Source: Candidatus Iainarchaeum sp. (GTDB lineage Archaea; B1Sed10-29; WALL01). Taken from it: a DNA stretch of 64,000 nucleotides. This document shows, one piece after another, positions 40,671 to 51,155 of this stretch (position 1 is the stretch's first letter; each line of letters opens with the position of its first letter). The notes under the pieces were generated by a model that did no database searches, had not been told where the DNA came from, and was given only the letters and a program-made list of their open reading frames with translations. The stretch spans positions 9,088 to 73,087 of the forward strand of contig JAGGYF010000028.1 in the NCBI GenBank assembly GCA_021162685.1, written 5' to 3'. A program made the position numbers and the translations under genes.

Positions 40671-41189
40671 ATGAAAGAAACAGAAGTTGAGATTGAAATA
40701 AAACATCTCGCACCAGTACGGAAAAGGTTGGAATCAATAGGTGTACTTGTGGAGAAAGCATTATTTAGGGATGTGTATTTTGATAAAAAAATGTTTTTGA
40801 AAGGAGCAAGAGTAAGATTGAGAGAGAGAAAGGTCAGATATCCACATAAGAAATATGAAGCAAAATTAACACTCAAAAAACCAAGAATAAAAGGTGGTAT
40901 CCAGAGGAGTGAAGAACTTGAGGTTAGATTAGATGACTTTAAGACAATGTATAAGATACTAGAAAGGTTATACGGTCCACCCTACTTTGATGAAGTACTA
41001 TCTGTTGAGAGATACAAGGTGGGCAGTTCAGTCGTGGACTTGAGAGCAGTAAAAGGTCTGTTTAAATATGTTGAGATTGAGGGGAATACTAAACAGATAA
41101 AGCGATTAGAGAAGAGACTTGGAATTGTAGGAAAGAGAATAACGGAGGGAGCATTCAAAAGAATATGTAAAATGCGGGGATTACTATGA
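40671..41189 (+). CDS. CYTH-domain (class IV adenylate cyclase-like/triphosphatase) protein
   Basis: EVEIEIK; DVYF; RVRLRE; LTLK; YVEIEG. Confidence 0.8.
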   Translation: MKETEVEIEIKHLAPVRKRLESIGVLVEKALFRDVYFDKKMFLKGARVRLRERKVRYPHKKYEAKLTLKKPRIKGGIQRSEELEVRLDDFKTMYKILERLYGPPYFDEVLSVERYKVGSSVVDLRAVKGLFKYVEIEGNTKQIKRLEKRLGIVGKRITEGAFKRICKMRGLL

Positions 41190-42238
41190 TAAAAAAACGA
41201 AAACTTGACCATATTGAGATATGCACAGAGAAGGATGTGGAGGTTGGGAGCAATTGGTTTGAATATGTTCAGTTAATACATAATGCTGTTCCTGAGATAA
41301 ATCTTGACGATGTAGAGACAAAAACCACATTTCTCGGAAAAGAATTGAAAGCACCACTCATGGTCGCTGCTATAACTGGAGGAGTAGAAGAAGCCAAAGA
41401 GATAAACAAATCACTGGCAAAGGTATGTGAGGAGTTCGGTATTGCATTCGGCCTTGGCTCACAAAGGGCAATGATAGAACATCCAGAACTATGGGATACA
41501 TACTATGTAAGGGATGTTGCACCTAATATTCCTATTTTTGGAAATATTGGACTAGCAAATCTTGGTGATATAGGTATCAATGAGATTATAAAATCTATCA
41601 AAAGGGTTGATGCAGATTTTCTGTGCGTGCATCTCAATGCTGCCCAGGAAGCAGCACAACCAGAAGGGAACACGCAATTTGCAGAGAAGATAAAGGAGTT
41701 GGCAAAACTATCAAAGAAAATCCCCATAATTGCGAAAGAGGTTGGCAATGGCATATCAAGAGAAACAGCGATATTGCTGAAGGAGGCTGGAGTAAAGGCC
41801 ATAGATGTCGGAGGATTTGGGGGAACAAGTTGGATCAAGGTTGAGGAGTACAGGAGTAAGAATAGTAGTGGATTTGTCAATTGGGGAATACCCACTGCTG
41901 CAGCCGTTATGGAATGTAGTGCTGTTGGTCTACCAATTATTGCAACAGGAGGCATAAGAAGAGGATTAGAATGTGCAAAAGCCATTGCGCTTGGTGCAAG
42001 CATATGTGGTATGGCGTTGCCCTGTCTAAGATGGCATTACAAAGGAAAACTTAGGGAAAACATGAGCAATGTAATAAAAGAATTGAAAACCGCGATGTTC
42101 TTAACAGGAAGTAGAAGTATAGGTGAGCTAAAACAAACGAATGCTGTTATATCAGGCAAACTAAAGGAATGGTGTGAGGCGAGGTCTATTCCTATAAAAC
42201 ATTATGCAATGCGGAGAAGTCATTTAAAGATGTTCTAA
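41186..42238 (+). CDS. fni: Type 2 isopentenyl-diphosphate isomerase
   Basis: RKLDHIEIC; GSQRA; HLNAAQE..QPEG; KEVGNG; GGTSW; WGIPT. Confidence 0.95.
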   Translation: MIKKRKLDHIEICTEKDVEVGSNWFEYVQLIHNAVPEINLDDVETKTTFLGKELKAPLMVAAITGGVEEAKEINKSLAKVCEEFGIAFGLGSQRAMIEHPELWDTYYVRDVAPNIPIFGNIGLANLGDIGINEIIKSIKRVDADFLCVHLNAAQEAAQPEGNTQFAEKIKELAKLSKKIPIIAKEVGNGISRETAILLKEAGVKAIDVGGFGGTSWIKVEEYRSKNSSGFVNWGIPTAAAVMECSAVGLPIIATGGIRRGLECAKAIALGASICGMALPCLRWHYKGKLRENMSNVIKELKTAMFLTGSRSIGELKQTNAVISGKLKEWCEARSIPIKHYAMRRSHLKMF

Positions 42239-42251
42239 CATAGTTGATAGT

Positions 42252-43853
42252 ATGGACAAAACAATATTGAAATACGCATTGAAGAATGCACTTGATTATG
42301 GAAAAGCAAATGAGAGGGCAGTTATTGCTAAGGTTATGGGGGAGCACCCAGAATGGAGAAAAAACGCCAAAGAGATCGTAAAAAGAACAAAGGAAATTAT
42401 TGAGGAGATAGACGCGTGGGATGATGATAAAAAAAGGAAGAAGCTCTTAGAGCTATGGCCAGATGTATTTGAAGAAAAAGAGAAAAAAGAAGAATTACCC
42501 GAACTTCCAGGAGCAGTTAAAGGAAACGTTGTTATGATGTTCCCACCAGAACCATCTAAATATCCACACATTGGGCATGCGAAAGCAGCATTATTGAACT
42601 ATGTATATGCAAGGAAATACAATGGAACATTTATATTAAGATTTGAAGATTCAAATCCAGCAAAGGTTGAAGAACAGTATTACAAAATACAAGAAGAGGA
42701 TTATAAATGGCTTGGGATGGAATGGGATAAAGTTGATTATATCTCTGACCACATGGACACATTTTATAGCATAGTGGAACGATTGTTGGCAGAGAAAAAA
42801 GCGTATGTTTGCACATGCGAGAAGGAGAAGATAAGGAGAGATAGGACAGAGAAAAAAGCGTGCGAATGTAGAGATGGAAGAAACAACAGGCTTTGGGAGG
42901 AGATAAAGAAAGGCGCAGGATATGTTGTCAGAATGAAGATAGATATGACACATAAGAATGCTGCTATGCGCGACCCCACAATCATGAGGGTTGTGGACAA
43001 GGAGCATCCACGGACTGGAAACAAATACAAAGCATGGCCAACATACGAATTTGCTACATCTGTCATGGATGGTATTGAGGGCATAACCCACAGAATAAGA
43101 TCAAAAGAGTTTGAAACAAAGAATGAAGTACAAGCATTTATGAGAACTGCTTGCGGTTTCCATAACCCTGTTATAATCTCAATAGGTAGATTGAATCTAG
43201 AAGGGATTGAAGCTGCTGGTAGGAAAAATAGAGAACTTGTTGAATCTGGAAAGTATATGGGATGGGATGACCCACGATTGCCAACCCTAAGGAGTTTCAA
43301 AAGAAGGGGATTTAAACCAGAGGCCATAAAGGAGTTTGTCCTTAGGTCAGGCATATCAAAGGCGGATTCAACCTTGCCCATGAGCGTCCTTGAGTCAATA
43401 AACAGGAAGTACATAGAACCAGAGGCAAACAGGTTGTTCTTTGTTCCAGATCCAAAGAAGATTGTTGTTGAGGGTATACCAAAAACAGTAGTAAGGCTAA
43501 AAAATCATCCCTCATTCCCAGAGAGAGGATTTAGAGAATACGTGCTTGAAGGAACTGTTACATTCTATGTTCCAGAGGTCCTCAATGAGTTCAGGTTGAA
43601 GGATGCATTTAATGTAAAGGATGGCCAATACAATGGAGAAGAGTTAATGGACATACCAAAAATCCAATGGGTGCACGAGGGAAATCACGTAGAATGTAGT
43701 GTGGTTATGCCAGATGCCTCAATTGTAAGTGGGGTCATTGAAAAGGCCATTTTGGACGCAAAGGTGGGGCAGAGGTTCCAGCTCGAGAGGTTTGGATATG
43801 TAATCCTGGATAGCCTTAAGGATGGTATCTCGTTCTGGTATACTCATAAGTAA
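42252..43853 (+). CDS. gltX: Glutamate--tRNA ligase, archaeal type
   Basis: PPEPSKYPHIGH; LRFEDSNP; GWDDPRLPTL; QLERFGY. Confidence 0.95.
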   Translation: MDKTILKYALKNALDYGKANERAVIAKVMGEHPEWRKNAKEIVKRTKEIIEEIDAWDDDKKRKKLLELWPDVFEEKEKKEELPELPGAVKGNVVMMFPPEPSKYPHIGHAKAALLNYVYARKYNGTFILRFEDSNPAKVEEQYYKIQEEDYKWLGMEWDKVDYISDHMDTFYSIVERLLAEKKAYVCTCEKEKIRRDRTEKKACECRDGRNNRLWEEIKKGAGYVVRMKIDMTHKNAAMRDPTIMRVVDKEHPRTGNKYKAWPTYEFATSVMDGIEGITHRIRSKEFETKNEVQAFMRTACGFHNPVIISIGRLNLEGIEAAGRKNRELVESGKYMGWDDPRLPTLRSFKRRGFKPEAIKEFVLRSGISKADSTLPMSVLESINRKYIEPEANRLFFVPDPKKIVVEGIPKTVVRLKNHPSFPERGFREYVLEGTVTFYVPEVLNEFRLKDAFNVKDGQYNGEELMDIPKIQWVHEGNHVECSVVMPDASIVSGVIEKAILDAKVGQRFQLERFGYVILDSLKDGISFWYTHK

Positions 43854-43904
43854 GCATACATTTATAAATTCTAATGCTCAGAATATACTGCTAATTTTTA
43901 TTAG

Positions 43905-43940
43905 CATCTGTGAAAGAGGCAAAAGCCGATGATTGAGGTG
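43905..43940 (+). promoter_or_regulatory. Double kink-turn in rpl7ae 5' UTR (L7Ae autoregulation)
   Basis: CATC-TGT-GA-AA-GA-GGC-AAAA-GCC-GAT-GA-TT-GA-GGTG: two 3-nt bulges each followed by tandem G.A pairs; overlaps SD. Confidence 0.85.
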
Positions 43941-43945
43941 AGTAT

Positions 43946-44299
43946 ATGGCGTTTGAAGTACCGAAGGAAGTAGTTGAAAAGGTCTACGAAGCTGTAGAAA
44001 TGGCAACAAACACTGGAAAGGTGAGAAAAGGAGTAAACGAAACAACAAAAGCTGTTGAGAGAGAACAGGCAAAGCTTGTCGTTATTGCATCAGATGTCTC
44101 CCCAGCAGAGATTACAATGCATCTACCTATCCTATGCGATGAGAAGAACATTGTATATGTGTATGTTCCAACAAGGAAGGAGCTTGGGGAAGCAGTAGGT
44201 ATATCTGTTGGAACAAGTGCTGTTGCAATAACTGAGCCAGGAAACGCAAAAGATATCATTGAGGACCTGAAAAAGAAGATTGCTGAACTGAAGAAGTAG
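43946..44299 (+). CDS. rpl7ae: 50S ribosomal protein eL8/L7Ae
   Basis: [13 protein letters not shown]; HLPILCDEK. Confidence 0.97.
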   Translation: MAFEVPKEVVEKVYEAVEMATNTGKVRKGVNETTKAVEREQAKLVVIASDVSPAEITMHLPILCDEKNIVYVYVPTRKELGEAVGISVGTSAVAITEPGNAKDIIEDLKKKIAELKK

Positions 44300-44307
44300 G
44301 TGATCAG

Positions 44308-44523
44308 ATGGCAGAAGAAGAGCAGGGTGTTCCTGCAGAAGTGATGGAGATTGTTGGGAAGACTGGTGTCTATGGAGAGATACATCAAGTGATGGCAAAA
44401 GTACTGGAAGGAAGGGACAAGGGCAGAATACTGAGGAGAAACGTTAAGGGCCCTGTCAAAGTCGGTGACATTCTCATACTTATGGATACAAGAACAGAGG
44501 CAAAACAGATAAAAGCAAGGTGA
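44308..44523 (+). CDS. rps28e: 30S ribosomal protein eS28
   Basis: GKTGVYGE; [13 protein letters not shown]. Confidence 0.96.
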   Translation: MAEEEQGVPAEVMEIVGKTGVYGEIHQVMAKVLEGRDKGRILRRNVKGPVKVGDILILMDTRTEAKQIKAR

Positions 44524-44527
44524 GGAG

Positions 44528-44869
44528 ATGAAGTGTAGTTTTTGTGGTAGAGAGATTCCAAGAGGCACTGGGAAGATTATAGCCACAAGGGAAGGAGACA
44601 TCTATTACATATGCTCTTCAAAGTGCGAGAAGAACATGTTCAAATTGAAGAGAAAGCCACAGAAGGTAAAATGGACCATGAGATACCAATACGAGAAGAA
44701 CATCAGGTCATCTGAGCCAAAGAAAGAGGAAAAGGTTGAGAAGAAAAAGGTGAAGAAAAAGAAGACAACAAGACAGGAGAGAAGAAAAGCAAGATTAGAG
44801 AAGAAACTAGCAAAAAAGAGGAAGAAGCAGGAGCTCAAGAAGAAGTCAAAAGAAGAGGGAAAGCAATGA
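44528..44869 (+). CDS. rpl24e: 50S ribosomal protein eL24 with Lys-rich tail
   Basis: CSFCG..GTG..CSSKC..KWT. Confidence 0.96.
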   Translation: MKCSFCGREIPRGTGKIIATREGDIYYICSSKCEKNMFKLKRKPQKVKWTMRYQYEKNIRSSEPKKEEKVEKKKVKKKKTTRQERRKARLEKKLAKKRKKQELKKKSKEEGKQ

Positions 44870-45507
44870 AAACCAGGGTGATTTTCCTTGGGCCTCCTGG
44901 CGCAGGCAAGGGAACATATGCCTCACGTATTATGGAACGGTTAAATATTCCGCAGATATCTACGGGTGACCTACTGAGGGAAGCAATAAGGAATAGGACA
45001 GAGATAGGAATAAAAGCAGAAGAGTATGTAAGTCAAGGAAAGCTTGTGCCAGACGATATTGTCATAGAAATATTAAAACAACGTCTTGCGAAAGATGACT
45101 GTAAAAATGGGTTCATCCTGGATGGTTTTCCACGAACAATTGAACAAGCAAAAGCACTTGATAACATAACACATATTGATCTTGTGATAAATCTTGTTGT
45201 ACCAGATGAGATAATTGTCAAGAGGTTATCATCCAGGATTATATGCAAAAGGTGTGGGGCAGTGTACAACCTCATCACACTACCACCAAAAAAAGAAGGT
45301 ATTTGTGATAAATGCGGTGGTCCACTCTACCAAAGAGAGGATGATAAACCAGAGGTTATAATGCAACGGTTAGACGTCTACAAAAAACAAACTGCACCAC
45401 TAGTAGAGTATTATAGAAATAGAGGCATTTTAGTTGATATTGTCTGTGATAAAGTAGATACTCCTCCAGAAGAGGTTGTTGATAGGATAATTAAGATTAT
45501 GAGGTGA
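44866..45507 (+). CDS. adk: Adenylate kinase, bacterial type with Zn-LID
   Basis: GPPGAGKGT; ISTGDLLR; LDGFPRT; CKRC..CDKC; QREDD. Confidence 0.95.
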   Translation: MKTRVIFLGPPGAGKGTYASRIMERLNIPQISTGDLLREAIRNRTEIGIKAEEYVSQGKLVPDDIVIEILKQRLAKDDCKNGFILDGFPRTIEQAKALDNITHIDLVINLVVPDEIIVKRLSSRIICKRCGAVYNLITLPPKKEGICDKCGGPLYQREDDKPEVIMQRLDVYKKQTAPLVEYYRNRGILVDIVCDKVDTPPEEVVDRIIKIMR

Positions 45508-45511
45508 TTAA

Positions 45512-45703
45512 ATGGTAAAAAAGAAGAAGCTTGTGAGGTCCAACAAAGGAACGCTTGCTGGTATATGCACGGGTATTGCTGAATATCTTGAACTAGACCC
45601 TGCATTAATCAAGTTCGTATTTTGGTGCTTCTTGCTGGCAACAGGCATGCTACCAGGAATAATAGCATACCTTATTGGCTTAGCAATAATACCAAAGGAA
45701 TGA
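45512..45703 (+). CDS. PspC domain protein
   Basis: LVRS..LAGICTGIAEY..D..AYL..IIP. Confidence 0.88.
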   Translation: MVKKKKLVRSNKGTLAGICTGIAEYLELDPALIKFVFWCFLLATGMLPGIIAYLIGLAIIPKE

Positions 45704-45814
45704 CTTATACATTTATAAATGCAGATACTCATAACAATACTGCCTCGGGACTGGGCTGATTAAGTTCCCAAAAAAGTCGCTGAGGTGCACTAATTCAGAG
45801 AAGGATTTGGTCGG

Positions 45815-47575
45815 ATGAAGGTCAGACAACCAATAATCGCAGTTCTGGCGCATGTAGACCATGGAAAGACTACCCTACTTGATAAGATCAGGGATACTGC
45901 TATTGCTGCAAAGGAAGCTGGGGGGATAACGCAAGAGATTGGTGCAACTGTTGTTCCAAGAGAGGTAATTGAAAGTATTTGTGGAGAAGAATTGAAAAAA
46001 TTAGGTGTAAAGCTTACAATACCTGGCTTGCTTTTCATTGATACACCTGGGCATGAAGCATTTACAAACCTGAGGAAAAGAGGAGGAAGTATCTCAGACC
46101 TAGCAATCCTTCTCATAGATGTAACAGCGGGCATACAACCACAAACAATTGAGTCCATAGAAATACTAAAGATGAATAAGGTTCCATTTGTTATTGGCCT
46201 TAACAAGATAGACCTATTGCCTGGATGGGAGCCAAATGAAAACATGTGCTTTAAAGGAACTATAGAAAAACAGGCAAAGGATGTTCAATTAGAGCTTGAC
46301 AAGAGATTGTATGATATTGTTGGGAAGATGTATGAACTTGGATTTAACTGTGAGAGGTTTGATAGAGTAGATGATTTTACAAAGCAGATTGTCATAATAC
46401 CTATATCTGCAAAAACAGGGGAAGGGATACCAGAACTTCTGCTGTTCATCTCTGGACTTACGCAAAAGTATATGGCAAACAAATTGGAGATAGATGAATC
46501 AAAGCCAGGTAGAGGCACAATTCTTGAAGTAAAAGAAGTAAAAGGAATGGGCACAACGATTGATGTGATCATCTATGATGGTGTAATAAGAAAAGGAGAC
46601 ACAATAGTTGTTGGAGGAAGAGACAAACCAATCATTACAAAGGTTAGGGCATTGCTTCAACCAAAACCACTACAAGAGATTAGGGATATAAAAAGGCAAT
46701 TTGAACATGTAGATGAGGTTGTTGCAAGTGCAGGTGTGAAAATTATAGCACCAGGGCTTGAAGATGCTGTTGCAGGTTCAACTGTATGCGTAGCAAGTGA
46801 ACGTGTTGATGAAATTGTTGATGAAGTTGCTTCTGAAATGAGAGCAATGGAAGTTGAGACAGATAAGAATGGTATCATAGTAAAAACAAACTCATTAGGA
46901 AGTTTAGAGGCACTGATCCATCTCCTTGGAAAGTACAATATCCCAATAAGAAGAGCATCTGTAGGGAATGTGACAAAGAGAGATGTGGTAGAAGCAGAAT
47001 CAGTTGAGGAGTTTAATCACTATCTCGGAGTTATATTCGCATTTAACACAAAGGTGCTTGATGAAGCAAGAGATGAGGCAGAGGAAGCAGGTATTAAAAT
47101 ATTTGAAACAGATGTTATATACAAACTTGTTGAAGAATATGAGAAATGGAAGGAAGAGGAGAAAAAGAGGGAGATTGAGGAATTATTGAAAAGCAACCTC
47201 TATCCTGTGAAAATAGAGATATTACGTGGGTATGTATTCAGAAAAAGCAAACCTGCTATTGTTGGCGTAGAGGTTTTGGATGGTATACTAAAATCTCCGT
47301 TACCTATTATGAACGAAAATGGTAGGAGAGTAGGGAAGATAAAAAGCATACAGAAAGAAGGGGAAAATGTTGAAAAAGCGGAGAAAGGAGAGAGAGTGGC
47401 TGTGTCTATTGAAGGCGTTACAATTGGTAGACAGATAAAAGAGGGAGATATATTATATGCTAACATTCCTCTGAAACAGATTCCTGAACTTGAAGAGGAA
47501 GTAGAGCATAAGGAACTGTTAGAGGAAATAAAGATAGTAAAAAAGAAACATAAACTAATGGAGGAAAGAACATGA
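45815..47575 (+). CDS. infB: Translation initiation factor aIF5B (IF-2)
   Basis: [12 protein letters not shown]; GGITQ; DTPGHEAF; NKID. Confidence 0.97.
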   Translation: MKVRQPIIAVLAHVDHGKTTLLDKIRDTAIAAKEAGGITQEIGATVVPREVIESICGEELKKLGVKLTIPGLLFIDTPGHEAFTNLRKRGGSISDLAILLIDVTAGIQPQTIESIEILKMNKVPFVIGLNKIDLLPGWEPNENMCFKGTIEKQAKDVQLELDKRLYDIVGKMYELGFNCERFDRVDDFTKQIVIIPISAKTGEGIPELLLFISGLTQKYMANKLEIDESKPGRGTILEVKEVKGMGTTIDVIIYDGVIRKGDTIVVGGRDKPIITKVRALLQPKPLQEIRDIKRQFEHVDEVVASAGVKIIAPGLEDAVAGSTVCVASERVDEIVDEVASEMRAMEVETDKNGIIVKTNSLGSLEALIHLLGKYNIPIRRASVGNVTKRDVVEAESVEEFNHYLGVIFAFNTKVLDEARDEAEEAGIKIFETDVIYKLVEEYEKWKEEEKKREIEELLKSNLYPVKIEILRGYVFRKSKPAIVGVEVLDGILKSPLPIMNENGRRVGKIKSIQKEGENVEKAEKGERVAVSIEGVTIGRQIKEGDILYANIPLKQIPELEEEVEHKELLEEIKIVKKKHKLMEERT

Positions 47576-47979
47576 AGATAGTTGTGTCTAACCCAGAGGA
47601 TGGGAAAAGCTACCAAAAAGAGCTAGAAAAAGCACAGGAGAAGACATTATACGGAAAAAGGATAGGTGATAAGATCAGTGGCGACACAATAGGACTTACA
47701 GGATACGAACTAGTGATTACAGGTGGTTCTGACAAGCAGGGATTTCCAATGAGGGCAGACCTCCACGGTACAGCAAGAAAGAAGGTCTTACTCTCAAAAG
47801 GTCCTGGCTTTCATCCAAAGAGAAAGGGTGAGCGAAGGAGAAAAAGTGTGCGTGGAAATACAATATCAGAAGAGATTGCACAAGTGAACATGAAGGTCTC
47901 TAAGAAAGGAAAGGAGCCGCTTGAGAAATTGTTTGGAAAAGGTGAAGAGGAGAAAAAGGAAGAAAAGGAGAAGAAGTGA
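47572..47979 (+). CDS. rps6e: 30S ribosomal protein eS6
   Basis: ITGGSDKQGFPM; GERRRKSVRG. Confidence 0.97.
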   Translation: MKIVVSNPEDGKSYQKELEKAQEKTLYGKRIGDKISGDTIGLTGYELVITGGSDKQGFPMRADLHGTARKKVLLSKGPGFHPKRKGERRRKSVRGNTISEEIAQVNMKVSKKGKEPLEKLFGKGEEEKKEEKEKK

Positions 47980-47983
47980 GTAG

Positions 47984-49174
47984 ATGTCAGAACAAGCAGA
48001 GGTAAATATTGGGTTGGTAGGTCATGTAGACCATGGAAAGACAACGATAGTCAAAGCACTAACAGGAGTATGGACAGATACCCACAGCGAGGAACTGAAG
48101 AGAGGGATAACAATAAGACTAGGGTATGCAGATGTTGAATTTAGAAGGTGTGAATCGTGTGGAAAGTACACAGTATCAGAGATGTGCGGGAAGTGCAACC
48201 ATAAGACAAAATCAGTAAGGAGGGTTGCGTTCGTTGATGCACCTGGACATGAAACACTGATGACAGTAATGATATCGGGAGCAGCGATAATGGATGGCGC
48301 GTTATTGGTAATTGCAGCAAATGAACATTGCCCACAACCACAGACATACGAACACCTGATGGCATTGGACATTGTAGGAGTGAAGAATATTGTAATAGTA
48401 CAAAACAAAGTGGACCTAGTGACAAAAGAAGAAGCTATGAAGAACTACAAGGAGATCAAAGCATTTGTAAAAGGGACAATCGCAGAGAATGCTCCGATTA
48501 TACCAGTGGCTGCACACCATGGATTAAACATAGATGCCCTTATTGAAGCAATTGAAGAGTATATACCAACACCAAAAAGAGATGAGAAAAAACCAGCAAG
48601 GATGTTTGTGGCGAGAAGTTTTGACGTAAACAAGCCAGGAACACCTATTGAGAAATTGAATGGAGGAGTAGTAGGAGGAAGCTTAATACAGGGGAAACTA
48701 AAAATCGGAGATGAGATAGAGATAAGGCCAGGGATAAGCAGAGACAACAAATGGATGACAATAAAAACAAAGGTCACAGGGCTTAGTACATGTGGGAAAA
48801 ATGTCAAAGAGGCAAGACCTGGTGGGCTTATAGGTGTTGCAACATCTCTTGACCCTGCACTAACAAAAACAGATATGCTTGTTGGGAGTATTGTCGGCGC
48901 AACAGGAACATTGCCACCTGTGCTGGCAGAACTAACCCTTGATGTAACACTCATGGAAAGAGCAGTAGGTGTTGAGAAAGTAGACCCACTCCGCATTGGA
49001 GAACCCATCGTGATAAGCGCGGGCACTGCAACGACATTGGGCACAGTGACTTCTGCAAAACCTGTGAAGGTTTCTTTAAAGCGGCCGGTATGCGCAGAAA
49101 AGGGATGGAATGTAGCAATAAGTAGAAGAGTAGGAAACAGATGGAGGCTAATAGGTTATGGCAAGATCATATAA
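47984..49174 (+). CDS. eif2g: Translation initiation factor aIF2 gamma
   Basis: GHVDHGKTT; [10 protein letters not shown]; DAPGHE; RWRLIGYG. Confidence 0.97.
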   Translation: MSEQAEVNIGLVGHVDHGKTTIVKALTGVWTDTHSEELKRGITIRLGYADVEFRRCESCGKYTVSEMCGKCNHKTKSVRRVAFVDAPGHETLMTVMISGAAIMDGALLVIAANEHCPQPQTYEHLMALDIVGVKNIVIVQNKVDLVTKEEAMKNYKEIKAFVKGTIAENAPIIPVAAHHGLNIDALIEAIEEYIPTPKRDEKKPARMFVARSFDVNKPGTPIEKLNGGVVGGSLIQGKLKIGDEIEIRPGISRDNKWMTIKTKVTGLSTCGKNVKEARPGGLIGVATSLDPALTKTDMLVGSIVGATGTLPPVLAELTLDVTLMERAVGVEKVDPLRIGEPIVISAGTATTLGTVTSAKPVKVSLKRPVCAEKGWNVAISRRVGNRWRLIGYGKII

Positions 49175-49532
49175 GGTGATCATAGATGCAAACTTTGCAA
49201 TGGTTCCAGTGCAATTCAGGGTGGACATATACAACGAATTAAAAAGAATTATAGATAGGAGATTTGAATTAATCACGTTCACACCAATCATAGAGGAGAT
49301 AAAAGGAATAAAAGGGGGGAAACTCGCGATTGAGATCATGAAAAAGAATGGCGTAAAGATAATAGAAACAAAAGAGAAAACAGGGGACAAAGCAATAATG
49401 GACCACATAAAAGCCAGAGAAACGATTGTGTGTACAAATGATAAAGAACTGGAGAAGAAACTGAGGGAAAAAGGTGTGACTGTAATATATTTGAGAGGTA
49501 AAAAAAAGATTGAGGCAAAAGGAGAGGTATAG
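49158..49532 (+). CDS. PIN-domain protein (Fcf1/Utp24-like)
   Basis: IIDANF; TNDKEL; canonical position before rpoE. Confidence 0.85.
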   Translation: MARSYKVIIDANFAMVPVQFRVDIYNELKRIIDRRFELITFTPIIEEIKGIKGGKLAIEIMKKNGVKIIETKEKTGDKAIMDHIKARETIVCTNDKELEKKLREKGVTVIYLRGKKKIEAKGEV

Positions 49533-49544
49533 GAGGATGAGAGT

Positions 49545-50129
49545 ATGTATAAATTGCTGTCCATAAAAGATACAGTTAGAGTACCACCAAAAGAGTTTGG
49601 TACTGACATAAAAAAATCCATCATAAAGGTGTTGAGAGAAAAATATGAGAGCAGGATAGACCCAGAGCTTGGTGTAATCCTATCCATATCCAATATAAGA
49701 GATATCAGCAAGGGGAGGATTATCCCAGGTGACGGAGCAAGCTATCATGACCTTGTATTTGATGTGCTCATCTTCTCTCCAAAATTACATGAAACAGTTA
49801 TGGGAAGAGTGTCAGAAATCGCACAATTCGGAGCATTTGTACGAATTGGTCCAATAGATGGGCTTGTGCATATATCCCAGGTAACAGATGATTTTATATC
49901 ATATAATGAAAAGACTGGGGTTTTATCAGGAAAGGAATCTGGAAAGGTGTTGAAGGTGGGAGACATCGTAAGGGCAAAGGTTGTTACATTGAGCTTAAAA
50001 TCTTCCATCACAGATAGCAAGATAGGATTAACCATGAGGCAACCTGGACTTGGAAAACTTGAATGGATAGAGCAGAAGAAAAAGGAAGAGAAGAAGAAGG
50101 CGAAGAAAGGGAAAAAAGGTGGTGAGTAA
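49545..50129 (+). CDS. rpoE1: RNA polymerase subunit E' (Rpo7)
   Basis: VRVPP; FGAFVRIGPIDGLVHISQ; LTMRQPGLGK. Confidence 0.97.
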   Translation: MYKLLSIKDTVRVPPKEFGTDIKKSIIKVLREKYESRIDPELGVILSISNIRDISKGRIIPGDGASYHDLVFDVLIFSPKLHETVMGRVSEIAQFGAFVRIGPIDGLVHISQVTDDFISYNEKTGVLSGKESGKVLKVGDIVRAKVVTLSLKSSITDSKIGLTMRQPGLGKLEWIEQKKKEEKKKAKKGKKGGE

Positions 50130-50324
50130 ATGCCATCAGAAAAAGCATGTAAACACTGTAAACTTATAGTACAGAAGGGGGACAAATGCCCACTTTGTGG
50201 AAGCACAGAATTAACAACGAGTTGGAAAGGGTATGTCATCATATTCAACCCAGAGGTCTCAGAGATTGCAAAGAAGATGGGGATAAACGCCCCAGGAAAA
50301 TATGCACTGAGGATTGGTAAATAA
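50130..50324 (+). CDS. spt4: Transcription elongation factor Spt4 (RpoE'')
   Basis: ACKHC..CPLCG..WKG..SEIA..GKYAL. Confidence 0.95.
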   Translation: MPSEKACKHCKLIVQKGDKCPLCGSTELTTSWKGYVIIFNPEVSEIAKKMGINAPGKYALRIGK

Positions 50325-50812
50325 TGTATACTATAACTGAAGATTTGAAAAAAGAGTTGAAAAAGCCACTTGGTGATCTTACTAATGATTTCCCTACTGG
50401 TAAGGAGATAATAACAGTTGGAGATGTGTGCTCAAGGGATGCATTACTAAAGGGCATAGAACCAAAGCTTCTTGTGTACGATAATATGATTGAGAGGAAG
50501 CCATCTGACGACGAGACAAAAAGGATAATTGAAAATTGGAATGTTATAACACTTAAAGTAAAAAACGATGCTGGCACAATTAGCGAACAATCAATTAAAT
50601 CAATAGAGCTAGCATTGACTAGTGATGGGAAGTATAAGGTAGAGGTTGAGGGAGAAGAAGACCTATTGACATTGATATGTGTACTCTATGCAGAGGTGGG
50701 AACTGCTGTATGTTATGGCCAACCAGGGGAAGGTATTGTTGTAGTTGATGTTAATAAATCATCAAAGGATATGGTTAAAGATATTCTTTCAAGAATGGAG
50801 GTTAGAAAATGA
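50324..50812 (+). CDS. GTP-dependent dephospho-CoA kinase (DUF359)
   Basis: LKKPLG; VGD; N.AGTI; GEEDLL; YGQP. Confidence 0.9.
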   Translation: MYTITEDLKKELKKPLGDLTNDFPTGKEIITVGDVCSRDALLKGIEPKLLVYDNMIERKPSDDETKRIIENWNVITLKVKNDAGTISEQSIKSIELALTSDGKYKVEVEGEEDLLTLICVLYAEVGTAVCYGQPGEGIVVVDVNKSSKDMVKDILSRMEVRK

Positions 50813-51153
50813 ACATAGAAATAAAAAACGAGCGAGTAAATAGGCTCTTGAACAGAACAGAGATTGAGTGTATTGCTGAGGGATATAATGTAACACCTTC
50901 AAGAGAGGAGATAGTAAAACAGATTGCAGCTAAGAAGGGAGTAAGCGAAAATCAGGTCCTAGTGGACAAGATAGAACAGGAATATGGAACAAATAGGGCA
51001 AGGGTATACGTAAAAGTGTACGAATCAGAAAAAGCGCTTCAAACAACAGAACCAAAATACAAGATTGAAAGGCACAAAAAGAAAAAGGAGGAGAAGGAGG
51101 AAGCACCAAAGGAAAGTAGTGAAGAGACAAAAGAGGAGAAGAAGGAGGAGTAA
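50809..51153 (+). CDS. rps24e: 30S ribosomal protein eS24
   Basis: NRLLNRTE; TPSREE; operon order. Confidence 0.93.
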   Translation: MNIEIKNERVNRLLNRTEIECIAEGYNVTPSREEIVKQIAAKKGVSENQVLVDKIEQEYGTNRARVYVKVYESEKALQTTEPKYKIERHKKKKEEKEEAPKESSEETKEEKKEE

Positions 51154-51155
51154 CT

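Noticed and set aside
45742-45790. Possible structured leader before infB (also 56580-56640 before rps15)
   Set aside because: Pairings are short and imperfect; cannot be supported without covariation data
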